From positions 1,790,688 to 1,842,494 of the forward strand of contig CP070658.1 of the NCBI GenBank assembly GCA_020355105.1: DNA of 51,807 bases. The letters run 5' to 3'. The translations under genes and the position numbers were made by a program. Shown here piece by piece: positions 17,415-27,012 of the stretch. The notes beneath the pieces are model-generated. The model saw only the letters and a list, made by a program, of their open reading frames with translations, did not search any database and was not told the DNA's origin. Every line of letters begins with the position of its first letter. Within the stretch, counting starts at the first letter, position 1. The DNA comes from Candidatus Thorarchaeota archaeon. Lineage in GTDB: Archaea; Asgardarchaeota; Thorarchaeia; Thorarchaeales; Thorarchaeaceae.

Positions 17415-18716
17415 ATGAACACCATCGGTCTGCGCAGAGAAGAGAAACCCTTCGAAACGAGAGTGCCTGTTGTACCTGATCACCTAAGGAAACTCTCCGA
17501 AACACATCAGATTCGATTTGTGGTCGAACCAAGTGACCAACGAGCGTTTGGTCCAGAGGAGTTCACCAAAGTCGGAGCTGAAATGAAATCGTTGAAGGGC
17601 AACAACATCCCGGTGATTCTTGGCATTAAGGAGATGCCTGTCGATTTCTTCGAGAAAGACATAGTCTATGTGTTCTTCAGTCACACAATCAAGGGCCAGA
17701 AGTACAACATGCCGATGCTTAAGAGAATCCTCGATGTAGGTGCTACACTAATAGACTACGAGCGGGTCATTGATGAAAAGGGTAGAAGACTGATCTTCTT
17801 TGGAAACTGGGCGGGGATGGCTGGAGTATCTAATACCCTTAGAGTCCTAGGAGAGCGGCTAGAGTCCAAGGGTGTCAAACCAAATCCTTTCGCAGGGATG
17901 AAACACACGCTACAGTGTAGAAGCCTTGCCGAGTTAAAACAGGAATTTCAAGCTCTAGGGAGTCGAATATCCGAACAAGGACTACCGAATCACCTAGTCC
18001 CCTTTGTCGTTGGTTTTGCGGGATATGGCAACGTTTCACGTGGTGCACAGGAGATGTTTGATCTCCTTCCGCATGTACAGATTGAGCCCGAGGGGATTCC
18101 CGATATCTCAGAGCCGAAAGACAATGTCCTCTACAAGTGTGTCTTCAAGGAGGAACATATGGTCGAACCCAAGGATTCCGCGGCAGATTTCGATCTTCAG
18201 GACTACTACAAGACCGGGTCGACCAAATATAGAGGAGTCTTTGAGAAGTACGTTCCTCATCTAGCAGTGATTCTCAACTGCATCTACTGGTCACACAAAT
18301 ACCCTCGACTTGTTACCAAGAAGTTCATTAAGAAGCATTGGCTCGCCGACAATCGAAGACTCCAGGTAGTTGGTGACATCTCGTGTGATGTGGAGGGGGC
18401 TATCCAGTTTACAGTTCGAACGACCACCCCTGGAGATCCGGCCTTTACCTACATCGTTCACCAAGATAGTGCAGAACTAGGGGTCAAAGGTGATGGCCCA
18501 GTCGTAATGGCTGTTGACAATCTCCCATGTGAATTGCCACGCGAATCATCTACCTCCTTTAGCGAAACGCTTTTGGACTACATACCTGCGCTAGCGAAAG
18601 CAGACTTCACAGTACCGTTCCAACAACTCAATCTTCCCAAAGAGCTGAAGGACGCTGTAATTGTCTACCAGGGAGAACTCACGGAGAAGTACACGTACCT
18701 CAAGGAATACTTGTGA
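17415..18716 (+). CDS. Lysine-ketoglutarate reductase (saccharopine dehydrogenase, L-lysine-forming), homologous to the N-terminal half of eukaryotic AASS
   Basis: Several blocks closely parallel human AASS: VFFSHTIKGQKYNMPMLKRIL, LIDYERV.D..G.R..FFGNWAGMAG, GYGNVSRGAQ, GDISCDVEGAIQF, AVDNLPCELP. Confidence 0.8.
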   Translation: MNTIGLRREEKPFETRVPVVPDHLRKLSETHQIRFVVEPSDQRAFGPEEFTKVGAEMKSLKGNNIPVILGIKEMPVDFFEKDIVYVFFSHTIKGQKYNMPMLKRILDVGATLIDYERVIDEKGRRLIFFGNWAGMAGVSNTLRVLGERLESKGVKPNPFAGMKHTLQCRSLAELKQEFQALGSRISEQGLPNHLVPFVVGFAGYGNVSRGAQEMFDLLPHVQIEPEGIPDISEPKDNVLYKCVFKEEHMVEPKDSAADFDLQDYYKTGSTKYRGVFEKYVPHLAVILNCIYWSHKYPRLVTKKFIKKHWLADNRRLQVVGDISCDVEGAIQFTVRTTTPGDPAFTYIVHQDSAELGVKGDGPVVMAVDNLPCELPRESSTSFSETLLDYIPALAKADFTVPFQQLNLPKELKDAVIVYQGELTEKYTYLKEYL

Positions 18717-18726
18717 CGGAGCGAGA

Positions 18727-20049
18727 ATGACAATGAAGAAAGTGCTTTGTTTGGGTGCAGGCTTAGTTGCCCGTCCCTATGTCCATTACCTCAGTGACCG
18801 CGGTTTTCATGTAAAGGTTGCAAGCAGAACCAAGAGTAAAGCAGACCGCCTTGTCGAAGGCTGCAAGAACACTGAAACTGTGACCTTCAACATAAAGACC
18901 GATGATGACCTTCTTGACAAGCTGATTGCAGAAGCTGACCTAGCATGTTCCCTTCTTCCATACACCTTCCATGTGAAAGCAGCAAAGATTGCGATTGAAC
19001 ACGCAACTCCTTTCTGCACGACATCGTACATCTCACCAGAGATGAAGGAACTAGACAAGGCGGCCAGATCTGCCGGAATTCCAATTCTCAACGAATGTGG
19101 CGTTGACCCTGGGATAGATCACATGAGTGCTATGAAGATTATAGATCATGTTCACAATCACGATGGGAAGATTAGGAGTTTCACATCCTTCACTGGAGGT
19201 CTCCCTGCTCCCGAAGCCAATGACAATCCCTTTGGATACAAACTCTCTTGGAGTCCTAGAGGAGTCCTGTTGGCAGGTCGTAATGACGCTCATTTCCTCC
19301 GTGACGGGAAAGAAGTCAAGATTCCAGGAGCTGAACTCTTTGACAATTACAAGATAATGGAAGTTCCTGGAATAGGCAAGTTTGAGGGTTATCCTAATCG
19401 TGACAGCATGTCATTCATCGATACATATGGAATCCCGGAAACAGAAACCATGTTGAGAGGGACTTTCAGAAATCTTGGCTGGTGTGGCACACTCAAGAAA
19501 ATCGCCGACCTTGGTCTTCTATCTCTTGACGAACAGAGTTTTGACGGAATGACTTTCGCTGATATGATGTACAATCTAGTCAATGACAAAGAAGCAGCCC
19601 TTCGTGAAGCGGTTTCGGGCAAAATCGGACTCAAGAGCGACGACCCAGTGATTTCACGACTTGAGTGGCTTGGACTCTTCAGTAACCAGCAGATTCCAGA
19701 TGGCATTAACACACATCTGGATGCCCTCTGCAATCTGTTCGAACAGAAGCTGCAATACGCTCCTAGTGAGAGGGACATGATAGTGATGCATCACGAGTTC
19801 ATAGCTGAATACCCGGACAGGAAGGAGAAGATTACATCCACAATGATTGACTTTGGTATACCGAATGGCGACAGTTCAATGTCTAGAACCGTTGCACTGC
19901 CGGTAGCCATAGCAAGCAGAATGATTCTTGATGGATCTATGAATCTTGTCGGAGTTCACCGACCAGTGATGCCAGACGTGTATGAGCCGATTCTCAATGA
20001 GCTCGAGAATCTAGATATCAAGCTGGAGGACCGTGTAACGCCACTCTGA
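18727..20049 (+). CDS. Saccharopine dehydrogenase (L-glutamate-forming), homologous to the C-terminal half of AASS
   Basis: Start at MTMKKVLCLGAGLVARP (Rossmann GxGxxA). Also contains SLLPY, TSYISPEMKELD, GVDPGIDHM, GGLPAPE.NDNPFGYK.SWSPRGVL, EGYPNRDS and RDMIVM. Confidence 0.85.
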   Translation: MTMKKVLCLGAGLVARPYVHYLSDRGFHVKVASRTKSKADRLVEGCKNTETVTFNIKTDDDLLDKLIAEADLACSLLPYTFHVKAAKIAIEHATPFCTTSYISPEMKELDKAARSAGIPILNECGVDPGIDHMSAMKIIDHVHNHDGKIRSFTSFTGGLPAPEANDNPFGYKLSWSPRGVLLAGRNDAHFLRDGKEVKIPGAELFDNYKIMEVPGIGKFEGYPNRDSMSFIDTYGIPETETMLRGTFRNLGWCGTLKKIADLGLLSLDEQSFDGMTFADMMYNLVNDKEAALREAVSGKIGLKSDDPVISRLEWLGLFSNQQIPDGINTHLDALCNLFEQKLQYAPSERDMIVMHHEFIAEYPDRKEKITSTMIDFGIPNGDSSMSRTVALPVAIASRMILDGSMNLVGVHRPVMPDVYEPILNELENLDIKLEDRVTPL

Positions 20050-20088
20050 TTTGATATACCAGACTGCTACATACGAGGTGTACTGAGC

Positions 20089-20745
20089 CTACTTACCCAC
20101 ATGCAATTGAATGGAAGCAAGAATCTCTTCTGCTCGTTCAGCTTCCTTCTGGACATCCGGAACTTCTGTCTTGAGCCGATATGTGTACCCCGAGCGATTC
20201 CCGTATCTCTCGAGATGTCCCTTTCCATCATTCCACATTCGAGCTAGGTAGGTGGAAGCAGTGCTTTTAGGCAAATCATCATTGAATGTAGCTTGATAGA
20301 TTTCAGCAACATCCAAGGATGAGAACTTGCCATGCTTGAAAGAGGCATAGATCACTATGTGCATCTTCTCGTAGCTACTCATAGACTCGTAGCTAATCTC
20401 CTCAATCTCAGTATCCACGACTTCTTCGCGGTCTGGTGCAAATGAATACCCTGTACTAGTTTCCAAGAAGACTTTGAACTTCTCAAACATCTCCTCAATG
20501 CTGCCACCCTCCACTTGGAAACTAGACTCTTCTCTCTTTGACTCGTCACGCACCACGATTCTGAAATCAAATGGCTCCTCAGTGAGTGCAAGGATCCTCC
20601 GAAACCTAGTCAATGCCTCGTCAGGTTTGACATACTTGCACTGAAAGACTTCTCTTAACCCGGGACCGGAGTTATACGTGAACTCGTACAGATACCCCGT
20701 TCTATCTTCGGCTTTCAAAGTCTTCACCTTGACTACATCTGACAT
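20089..20745 (-). CDS. Hypothetical protein with a C-terminal winged-helix-like domain
   Basis: Start placed at the ATG of MSDVVKVKT. The ORF track's TTG-initiated 57-aa extension seems unlikely. The C-terminal FSSLDVAEIYQ...STASTYLARMW.DGKGHLERYG..SGYTYRL fits a wHTH pattern. Confidence 0.5.
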   Translation of the reverse strand: MSDVVKVKTLKAEDRTGYLYEFTYNSGPGLREVFQCKYVKPDEALTRFRRILALTEEPFDFRIVVRDESKREESSFQVEGGSIEEMFEKFKVFLETSTGYSFAPDREEVVDTEIEEISYESMSSYEKMHIVIYASFKHGKFSSLDVAEIYQATFNDDLPKSTASTYLARMWNDGKGHLERYGNRSGYTYRLKTEVPDVQKEAERAEEILASIQLHVGK

Positions 20746-21042
20746 CCATTCAGACTTTTGTATAAGACTGTGTTCACAACAGCCTACCAGATTTCGGCAA
20801 ATAAGTGTGAGTATGTGAATTACCAATACCAAGATAACAGCTACATAATGCGTCTGTGGGCATTCAGAACACGTCCTACATGGGAAGAGTGTGCTGGCAG
20901 CTTGTAAGCGCCCCAAACTCGAAAAAAAGGTTTATGAACGCCCAGAATCGAAAAAAGGGACCATTGTCCATTTCTTCTGCTATTCACTAGACTATGTAGT
21001 TTGTGAACAATCCAAAGGGTATTTCATATCTCTTGTTATCCC

Positions 21043-21063
21043 GTTCCACTGGAAACCAAGGGG
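21043..21063 (+). promoter_or_regulatory. ORB-like element c (isolated)
   Basis: Reads GTTCCACTGGAAACCAAGGGG and matches ORB a at 18 of 21 positions. Confidence 0.65.
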
Positions 21064-21225
21064 TAGCTTCATTCACATCATAATAGACCTTTATGAGCCC
21101 TTCTTAGACTGCATACGGTGATATGGGGTCTTTTCTGTAGGGACTGTTCACAGAAAGGGCGCCATTCACAGAGAAGGACTGTGAAATGTTGTAAATACCG
21201 TGAATCTGTTGACTAGATTTTAGGG

Positions 21226-22236
21226 TCAGATGACTGGTACAAGGTAGTCCAAGTAGTCCTCTCCAAGCACGAGTTGGTAGAAGCTTTCTTTCTTGGCAAC
21301 GTTGCATACTAATTCTAAGCGTCCTCTCGCCTCAACCCACGCATTCCTATGAACATGCTCAGTGAAACGGCCGCGATAGCTAACGAGTCTAGACAGGTCT
21401 GGCAGCTCTTCACACTGAACATGATACGTACATGGAGTGAATATCGAAGCAGAATTGTCAGTCACCACGCACTTCACCACCCGGGTGCCTTCACACTCGA
21501 ATGTGAGATCATCGTAGCCGTATCCTATCTCATCTGGTAGCTTGACTGCTCTGATAAAGAAGTCAATTGAATCATACAACCCCTGCAGGACTTTCTTAGC
21601 TTCTATCTCCTCTAACACGGATCTCCATCTACTATGTGCTTTCCATCTGAAGTCCAGATGTTTCTCAAGACTTTCACCATGGTATCGTTCGATTCCAGGG
21701 AGAGAGCCATCTCTCAGTACAGAATGAACTCTCCTTGCTGGACGCGATCCATAGACAACAAGGTCAATGTCCGATTGAGAGGTACCGAGTCCAACAAGCT
21801 GAGAACCAGTGAGCCCAATCTCTGACCACTCTATGTCTGCATTGTCAACTATGGTCTGAGCAAGAGACCGGGATGCTTCTTCAAGAGCCGTCAAGTGCAG
21901 TCCTAAGTCACGAAGCTGGCGCAGTCCCTCAATAGGACTTAGCACATAGGATATACAATCATTCGGAACAGCCTGGAGAACTCGTCCACGTTTCTCATCA
22001 TTCCAGAGATACTGCGGGTGCTTCTCACGAAGGTACTTCTCACGTTTGTCAAGATCGTATATTTTCGAGAATCGTGATCCATCTCTTGATTGGCGGTTTC
22101 CACTTTCATCTGGAATGTATCTTAGGTAGGCAATCAGCCGGTCCACCGGTTGAATGACCCCTTTCACTTCAAATACAAGGCCTTCACTGGTCACAACGAA
22201 GTATCCCTCAACAGGTTGGGAAGTCAGGGAGTTCAC
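21226..22236 (-). CDS. Pol-beta-superfamily nucleotidyltransferase with a C-terminal OB-like domain (COG1665-like)
   Basis: Contains the GLTGSQLVGLGTSQSDIDLVVYG motif (G-S...D-x-D). The C-terminal beta-rich region resembles the TiaS-type OB fold. Confidence 0.55.
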   Translation of the reverse strand: MNSLTSQPVEGYFVVTSEGLVFEVKGVIQPVDRLIAYLRYIPDESGNRQSRDGSRFSKIYDLDKREKYLREKHPQYLWNDEKRGRVLQAVPNDCISYVLSPIEGLRQLRDLGLHLTALEEASRSLAQTIVDNADIEWSEIGLTGSQLVGLGTSQSDIDLVVYGSRPARRVHSVLRDGSLPGIERYHGESLEKHLDFRWKAHSRWRSVLEEIEAKKVLQGLYDSIDFFIRAVKLPDEIGYGYDDLTFECEGTRVVKCVVTDNSASIFTPCTYHVQCEELPDLSRLVSYRGRFTEHVHRNAWVEARGRLELVCNVAKKESFYQLVLGEDYLDYLVPVI

Positions 22237-22292
22237 GGGAATACAGGCACAAGGCCAACAATTAAAGAGACCCCCTCGAATAGCATTGCACC

Positions 22293-23507
22293 ATGACTGC
22301 CACGTTGGAAGTGAAGTCTGACTTCAGCATCTTCGAAACCGAGCCTCAACTCGCATACTTTGACTCTGCAAGTACGTGTCTAGTCCCAAAGGTTGCTGTC
22401 AATGCAACCACTGAGTTTCTCGAAAGGACAGTAGCATCAGCCCGACGCGGTGCCCATCATCTTACAGTGAAGGCAAGCAGTATGGTCGAGCATGTCCGCA
22501 ATTCGCTTGCCGATTACTTTCAGACTGACAGGCCACAGGTTTCCTTTCAGAAGTCCATTCCTTCTGCAGTTGCATCATTAGCCTATGGTCTTGACTGGAG
22601 AGCCTCCAAACGAAAGAAGTTGGTCATTGCTCAGAGCGAAGAGCACTCTGTGATGGTCGCGCTTCTCAGAGCAGCCCAGGTGTTGGAACTTGAAGTGCAG
22701 TTGGTTCCAGTCAATCAGGAAGGAGTCTTAGACCTCACCGCCCTTGAAGAGGCTGTAGACGACAAGACTGGAATTGTTGCTGCCAACCACGTGGCCATAG
22801 GAATCGGAACGAGAAACCCCATTGGAAAAATCGCAGAGATATCACACGATGAAGGTGCACTGCTACTCACGGATGCCACTCAGTCAGTAGGAGTTTCAGA
22901 GGTGATACCGGCGAATCTTGGGGCAGACATTGTCCTCTGTTCTGCCAACGTGGGACTTCTGGCACCACCCGGTCTTGCTATCCAGTGGACTTCTGATTCG
23001 ATAGGAGAAACCCATCGACCAGGAATACTTGGAGGCTCGGCGGTCGCAGATGTCATGCATGGGTCTTTCGAGGTTGCTCTGCACCCGGACAAGTTCGAGT
23101 CAGGAATATTGAATGTGCCCGCAATTGCTGGTCTGGGAGCATCGCTGGAATATCTCCGGAGTCTACAATCTCAAAATCTCATCAAACACATGAATCATAT
23201 CTCGCACCATCTGGCAAATCGTCTGAGCGAAATGGAAACTCTAACTCTCTACGGCAATCTAGACAGTACAAACACAATCTTGGGGTTCAACGTCGGAGCA
23301 GAGGATGGTATGAACTGCCATGAGGTTGCCCTATTCCTCGATGATCAAAACATCGCAGTAAGGAGCGGGCTTGTATGTGCTCATCCGCTCGTTAAGCCGT
23401 TATCCGAGGAAGGCCTCATTCAGGTATCCCTTCATGTGTATAACTCAACTGAGGATATTGATCGACTTGCAGACTCACTTCAAACCATCATTAGAGACCT
23501 TCTTTGA
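22293..23507 (+). CDS. Class V aminotransferase / SufS-CsdA-like cysteine desulfurase homolog, apparently lacking the PLP lysine
   Basis: Contains YFDSAST, LLTDATQSVG and VRSGLVCAHPL (Cys retained). The position of the SGHK motif reads CSANVG instead. Confidence 0.75.
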   Translation: MTATLEVKSDFSIFETEPQLAYFDSASTCLVPKVAVNATTEFLERTVASARRGAHHLTVKASSMVEHVRNSLADYFQTDRPQVSFQKSIPSAVASLAYGLDWRASKRKKLVIAQSEEHSVMVALLRAAQVLELEVQLVPVNQEGVLDLTALEEAVDDKTGIVAANHVAIGIGTRNPIGKIAEISHDEGALLLTDATQSVGVSEVIPANLGADIVLCSANVGLLAPPGLAIQWTSDSIGETHRPGILGGSAVADVMHGSFEVALHPDKFESGILNVPAIAGLGASLEYLRSLQSQNLIKHMNHISHHLANRLSEMETLTLYGNLDSTNTILGFNVGAEDGMNCHEVALFLDDQNIAVRSGLVCAHPLVKPLSEEGLIQVSLHVYNSTEDIDRLADSLQTIIRDLL

Positions 23508-23510
23508 GTA

Positions 23511-23768
23511 CTAGCCCATAACGAAGGCGGGAGGGTATGTCACAAAGTACTGAACGATGACTGCAAGAAGTATTCCACTCAGCACCAACCCCTTCCCTCT
23601 CTTGGAATTAACCTCAGTGAACCAAAGGATGGCTCCAATGAGGACCACAATTGCTGCAGATACTCTTCCAATGAATATTAGAAACTCCCAAATCTCAGCA
23701 AAGTATGCCGCTATGAGATTAGCGAAGTCTGCTAGGGGACCAAGAAGAACCAGCCACATTGGTTTCAC
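23511..23768 (-). CDS. Small membrane protein (hypothetical)
   Basis: 85-aa ORF with 2-3 hydrophobic helices. Confidence 0.4.
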   Translation of the reverse strand: MKPMWLVLLGPLADFANLIAAYFAEIWEFLIFIGRVSAAIVVLIGAILWFTEVNSKRGKGLVLSGILLAVIVQYFVTYPPAFVMG

Positions 23769-23805
23769 ATATTAGTTGTATCCTCTAGGTTCAGATATAA
23801 AGTCC

Positions 23806-25629
23806 CTAGAGAACCGTGACCGATTTCGCCAGATTACGCGGCTTATCAGGATCGAAACCCTTCCTCCGTGCCATGTAGTAACTGAACAGCTGAAGCGGTA
23901 TCACATAGGGTATGGTTGAGAACTCAGGTTCAATTCCTTCAGGGATAGTGAACCAATGATTGGAGAAACCCTTGAGTTCTTCATCATCCTTAGCAATTAC
24001 GGAGATAATCGATGCCCCACGTGCCTTCATCTCCATTATGTTACCAACGATTCTCCATCTAGTTTCATCTCTGGGTACCACAAAGATCACAGGATACTCG
24101 TCATGTACAAGTGCTATGGGTCCATGCTTTGACTGTCCTGCAGAATAGGCCTCAGCATGATTGTAGGATATCTCCTTGAGCTTGAGAGCGCCCTCTTCAG
24201 CAGTGGCTTGGGATACGCCTCTGCCCAAGAAGAGCAGACTTGGTTTGTCATAGAGAAGTCCGGCCAATCGCCGGGCCTTCTCCTCATTCCTAGAGATGAC
24301 CTCGGACACAATTTCAGGTAGTTTCTCAAGAGATTGTCGTTTCTTCTCAAGCATCTCGTTATCCACAAAACCAGTAAGTTCACCAAGTGCCAGTGCCAAC
24401 TGAGCCAGGGCAGTCAACTGTACCATGAACGTCTTTGTGGCAGCTACTCCTATCTCTGGTCCTGCCTGAGTGAAGATTGAGTGATCCGCCATGCGCGTAA
24501 TGGAGCTACCAATGACGTTCGTGATAGCTACTACCTTCACACCAAACGACTTCGCATGCTTCACTGCCATTATCGTGTCGGTTGTTTCTCCGGACTGCGT
24601 GATTGCAATCACAAGATCATCTTTGGATAGTGAATTGTAGACGGTATCAGGAAAGTCACTGGCAAGCTCAAAAATGGGCAGGACGCCCGCAAGTGAGGCG
24701 AACATATGCCTCCCTGCCATGGCAGCATGACCAGAAGTCCCCATAGCTAGAAAGTAGACATTCCTTGCCTCATGGATGAACTTGGCTGCTTCCTGGATGA
24801 CTTCCGGTCGAATTCTAAGCGTGTTTCTAACTGCTTCGGGCTGTTCGTGTATTTCCTTCAGCATGAAATGTGGGAAGCCACCTTTCTGGGCTTGATCCGC
24901 AGTCCAGCTTACCTTGATGGTTTCTCTCTCTACCTCTGACCCATCAGACAACTTTCGAATCTCTGCTCCTCCGGCGGTCAAGGTCGCCACTTCACCATCC
25001 AGAAGCAGAATCATGTCATTAGTCATCGGCAAGAATGCCGGGATGTCTGAAGATACATACGTCGCTCCTTCTCTTCTTCCAATCACAAGTGGATTACCAT
25101 CACGTGTGCATACAATCTTGCCATCGTCTCTTGATGTCATGGCGACTATTGCATAGGTTCCTTCAATCCGACGGGTGACTTCTGTGACAGCATTATCAAG
25201 GGTTAGCCCTTCAGAAACATAGTCCTCAATCATGTGAGGAATCACTTCGGTGTCTGTGTCAGAGCTGAACTCATGCCCCTTTGATTTCAGCTCCTTTCTG
25301 AGTTCAAGAAAGTTGTCAATGACCCCATTATGAACTACTGCAATCTCGTTCTTGCAGTCAAAGTGAGGATGTGCGTTATACATGGATGGTATTCCATGAG
25401 TGGCCCAACGAGTGTGTCCAATCCCTATGCAGCCAGGAATCTCATCGAGGTTGAGTTTCTTGTGTACTTCTTCGATCCTTCCCTTGTCCTTCTTCATGTG
25501 GAGTTGACCATTGGATATGGTTGTCACGCCGACTGAGTCGTAACCTCGGTACTCTAGTCTCTTGAGTGCTTGATGCAGGAATGATGCAACTTCACCACGT
25601 CTTTGAACGACGCCTATGATTCCGCACAT
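23806..25629 (-). CDS. glmS: Glutamine--fructose-6-phosphate aminotransferase
   Basis: N-terminal MCGIIG (Ntn Cys), two SIS domains, and the C-terminal KPRNLAKSVTV. Confidence 0.95.
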   Translation of the reverse strand: MCGIIGVVQRRGEVASFLHQALKRLEYRGYDSVGVTTISNGQLHMKKDKGRIEEVHKKLNLDEIPGCIGIGHTRWATHGIPSMYNAHPHFDCKNEIAVVHNGVIDNFLELRKELKSKGHEFSSDTDTEVIPHMIEDYVSEGLTLDNAVTEVTRRIEGTYAIVAMTSRDDGKIVCTRDGNPLVIGRREGATYVSSDIPAFLPMTNDMILLLDGEVATLTAGGAEIRKLSDGSEVERETIKVSWTADQAQKGGFPHFMLKEIHEQPEAVRNTLRIRPEVIQEAAKFIHEARNVYFLAMGTSGHAAMAGRHMFASLAGVLPIFELASDFPDTVYNSLSKDDLVIAITQSGETTDTIMAVKHAKSFGVKVVAITNVIGSSITRMADHSIFTQAGPEIGVAATKTFMVQLTALAQLALALGELTGFVDNEMLEKKRQSLEKLPEIVSEVISRNEEKARRLAGLLYDKPSLLFLGRGVSQATAEEGALKLKEISYNHAEAYSAGQSKHGPIALVHDEYPVIFVVPRDETRWRIVGNIMEMKARGASIISVIAKDDEELKGFSNHWFTIPEGIEPEFSTIPYVIPLQLFSYYMARRKGFDPDKPRNLAKSVTVL

Positions 25630-25716
25630 GTATTCTAAGGACTCCTAGTTCTGCATATAGGTAAGCCACATTGGGAAGTATTCACAAAAAGGGTTTTGTG
25701 TTCAGTCAGGACTGTA

Positions 25717-26028
25717 CTAACCCGTAAGTTCAATCTCGATATAGACAGAATCCGGAATCCGTACTCGCATAATCTGCCTAATCGCTCTCTCATCTGCATC
25801 AATATCGATAAGTCGTTTGTGAACTCGCATCTCCCACTTGTCCCAAGACTCGGAACCCTGACCGCATGGAGTCTTTCGTGTGGGAATGACCATTCTTCTT
25901 GTAGGTAGAGGTATTGGACCAGACATACGGACTCCTGTCTTGCGGGTGATACGCTTGATCTGAGTACAGACACCATCAAGATGTTCGGTGCTTGTACTTG
26001 ACAGTCTAATCCGTGCTTTCTGAGTCAT
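25717..26028 (-). CDS. rps10: 30S ribosomal protein S10 (uS10)
   Basis: Contains [10 protein letters not shown]......LD.VC.QI, GPIPLPT, and R.I.I. The start is taken at the internal Met. Confidence 0.9.
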   Translation of the reverse strand: MTQKARIRLSSTSTEHLDGVCTQIKRITRKTGVRMSGPIPLPTRRMVIPTRKTPCGQGSESWDKWEMRVHKRLIDIDADERAIRQIMRVRIPDSVYIEIELTG

Positions 26029-26168
26029 AGCCAAGTCCACTCCGTAGGCAGGCTGGACATCGCAACGGAATTAGATTCGGATAAAAAGGTTGTCTTATGT
26101 GTTGACCTGAGAAGATCTGACAACATCAAAGGCAATGTCCATAAGGCAGCACAATACAACGCGAATGA

Positions 26169-26972
26169 GTGTCAGACTTGAATAACCTCGCGATTGTGAA
26201 ACTGGGAGGATCGGTCATAACCCACAAAGAATCTTCCCCGCCAACAGTTAACAAGGACAACCTATACCGCATTGCTCGTGAACTGGGAAGTCACGATGGT
26301 GAGCTCATTGTTGTACTTGGAGGAGGTGCTCACGGCCACCAAGCGGCTCACAAGCATGGTTTCGGAAAGAGTTCAACAACCAGAGAAATCCTGCTGGAAG
26401 GAGTTTCTCCAATCCGTCATAGCATGACAGTTCTCTCTCTTGAGATTGAGCAGGTCCTGAACGGTGAAGGAGTCCAAGCGGTCGTACTGCCTCCATTCAC
26501 CATGGCGACACTCCAGAACCGGAAGATTGCAGATTTTCCAACCGAGATGATTCAGAGATCGCTCGACTCAGGGCTGGTTGCGCTGACACATGGTGACGTC
26601 TGCTTCGACAACATACTTGGTGCTTCCATTCTAAGCGGAGACACAATCGCAGTGTATCTTGCAAAAGAAATGAAGGCAAAGGCACTCTATATTGGGACCG
26701 ATGTGGATGGAGTCCTTGAGGACGATCCCCGAATCAATCCCAATACCAAACATATCGAAGTCCTTGATACTTCTACATGGGATGCGATTGTTGCAAAGAC
26801 CGGACCCTCATCAGCTACTGATGTGACTGGAGGAATGAAGAAGAAACTCGATGAAATCTCCATACTGGCTGGACTAGGCATCGATATTGCTATCTTCAAC
26901 CTCGGTGTTTCCAACCGTCTTTCTTCATTACTCTCTGGAACTTCTACCTTGTGTACGAGAATCCAAATCTAG
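26169..26972 (+). CDS. ipk: Isopentenyl phosphate kinase (amino-acid kinase fold)
   Basis: Contains IVKLGGSVIT.K, VLGGGAHGH..A, HGDV, SGD and GTDVDGV...DP, then TGGM..K. Confidence 0.85.
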   Translation: MSDLNNLAIVKLGGSVITHKESSPPTVNKDNLYRIARELGSHDGELIVVLGGGAHGHQAAHKHGFGKSSTTREILLEGVSPIRHSMTVLSLEIEQVLNGEGVQAVVLPPFTMATLQNRKIADFPTEMIQRSLDSGLVALTHGDVCFDNILGASILSGDTIAVYLAKEMKAKALYIGTDVDGVLEDDPRINPNTKHIEVLDTSTWDAIVAKTGPSSATDVTGGMKKKLDEISILAGLGIDIAIFNLGVSNRLSSLLSGTSTLCTRIQI

Positions 26973-27012
26973 GCGCAGAAAGACCGCTTCAACTCCTGTT
27001 CCGTATAGTCTA

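Noticed and set aside
20746-20916. TTG-initiated 57-aa N-terminal extension of the 20089 ORF
   Set aside because: It uses a rare start codon and has an odd Cys-rich/hydrophobic composition. An ATG giving MSDVVKVK is a more plausible start, but this remains unverified.
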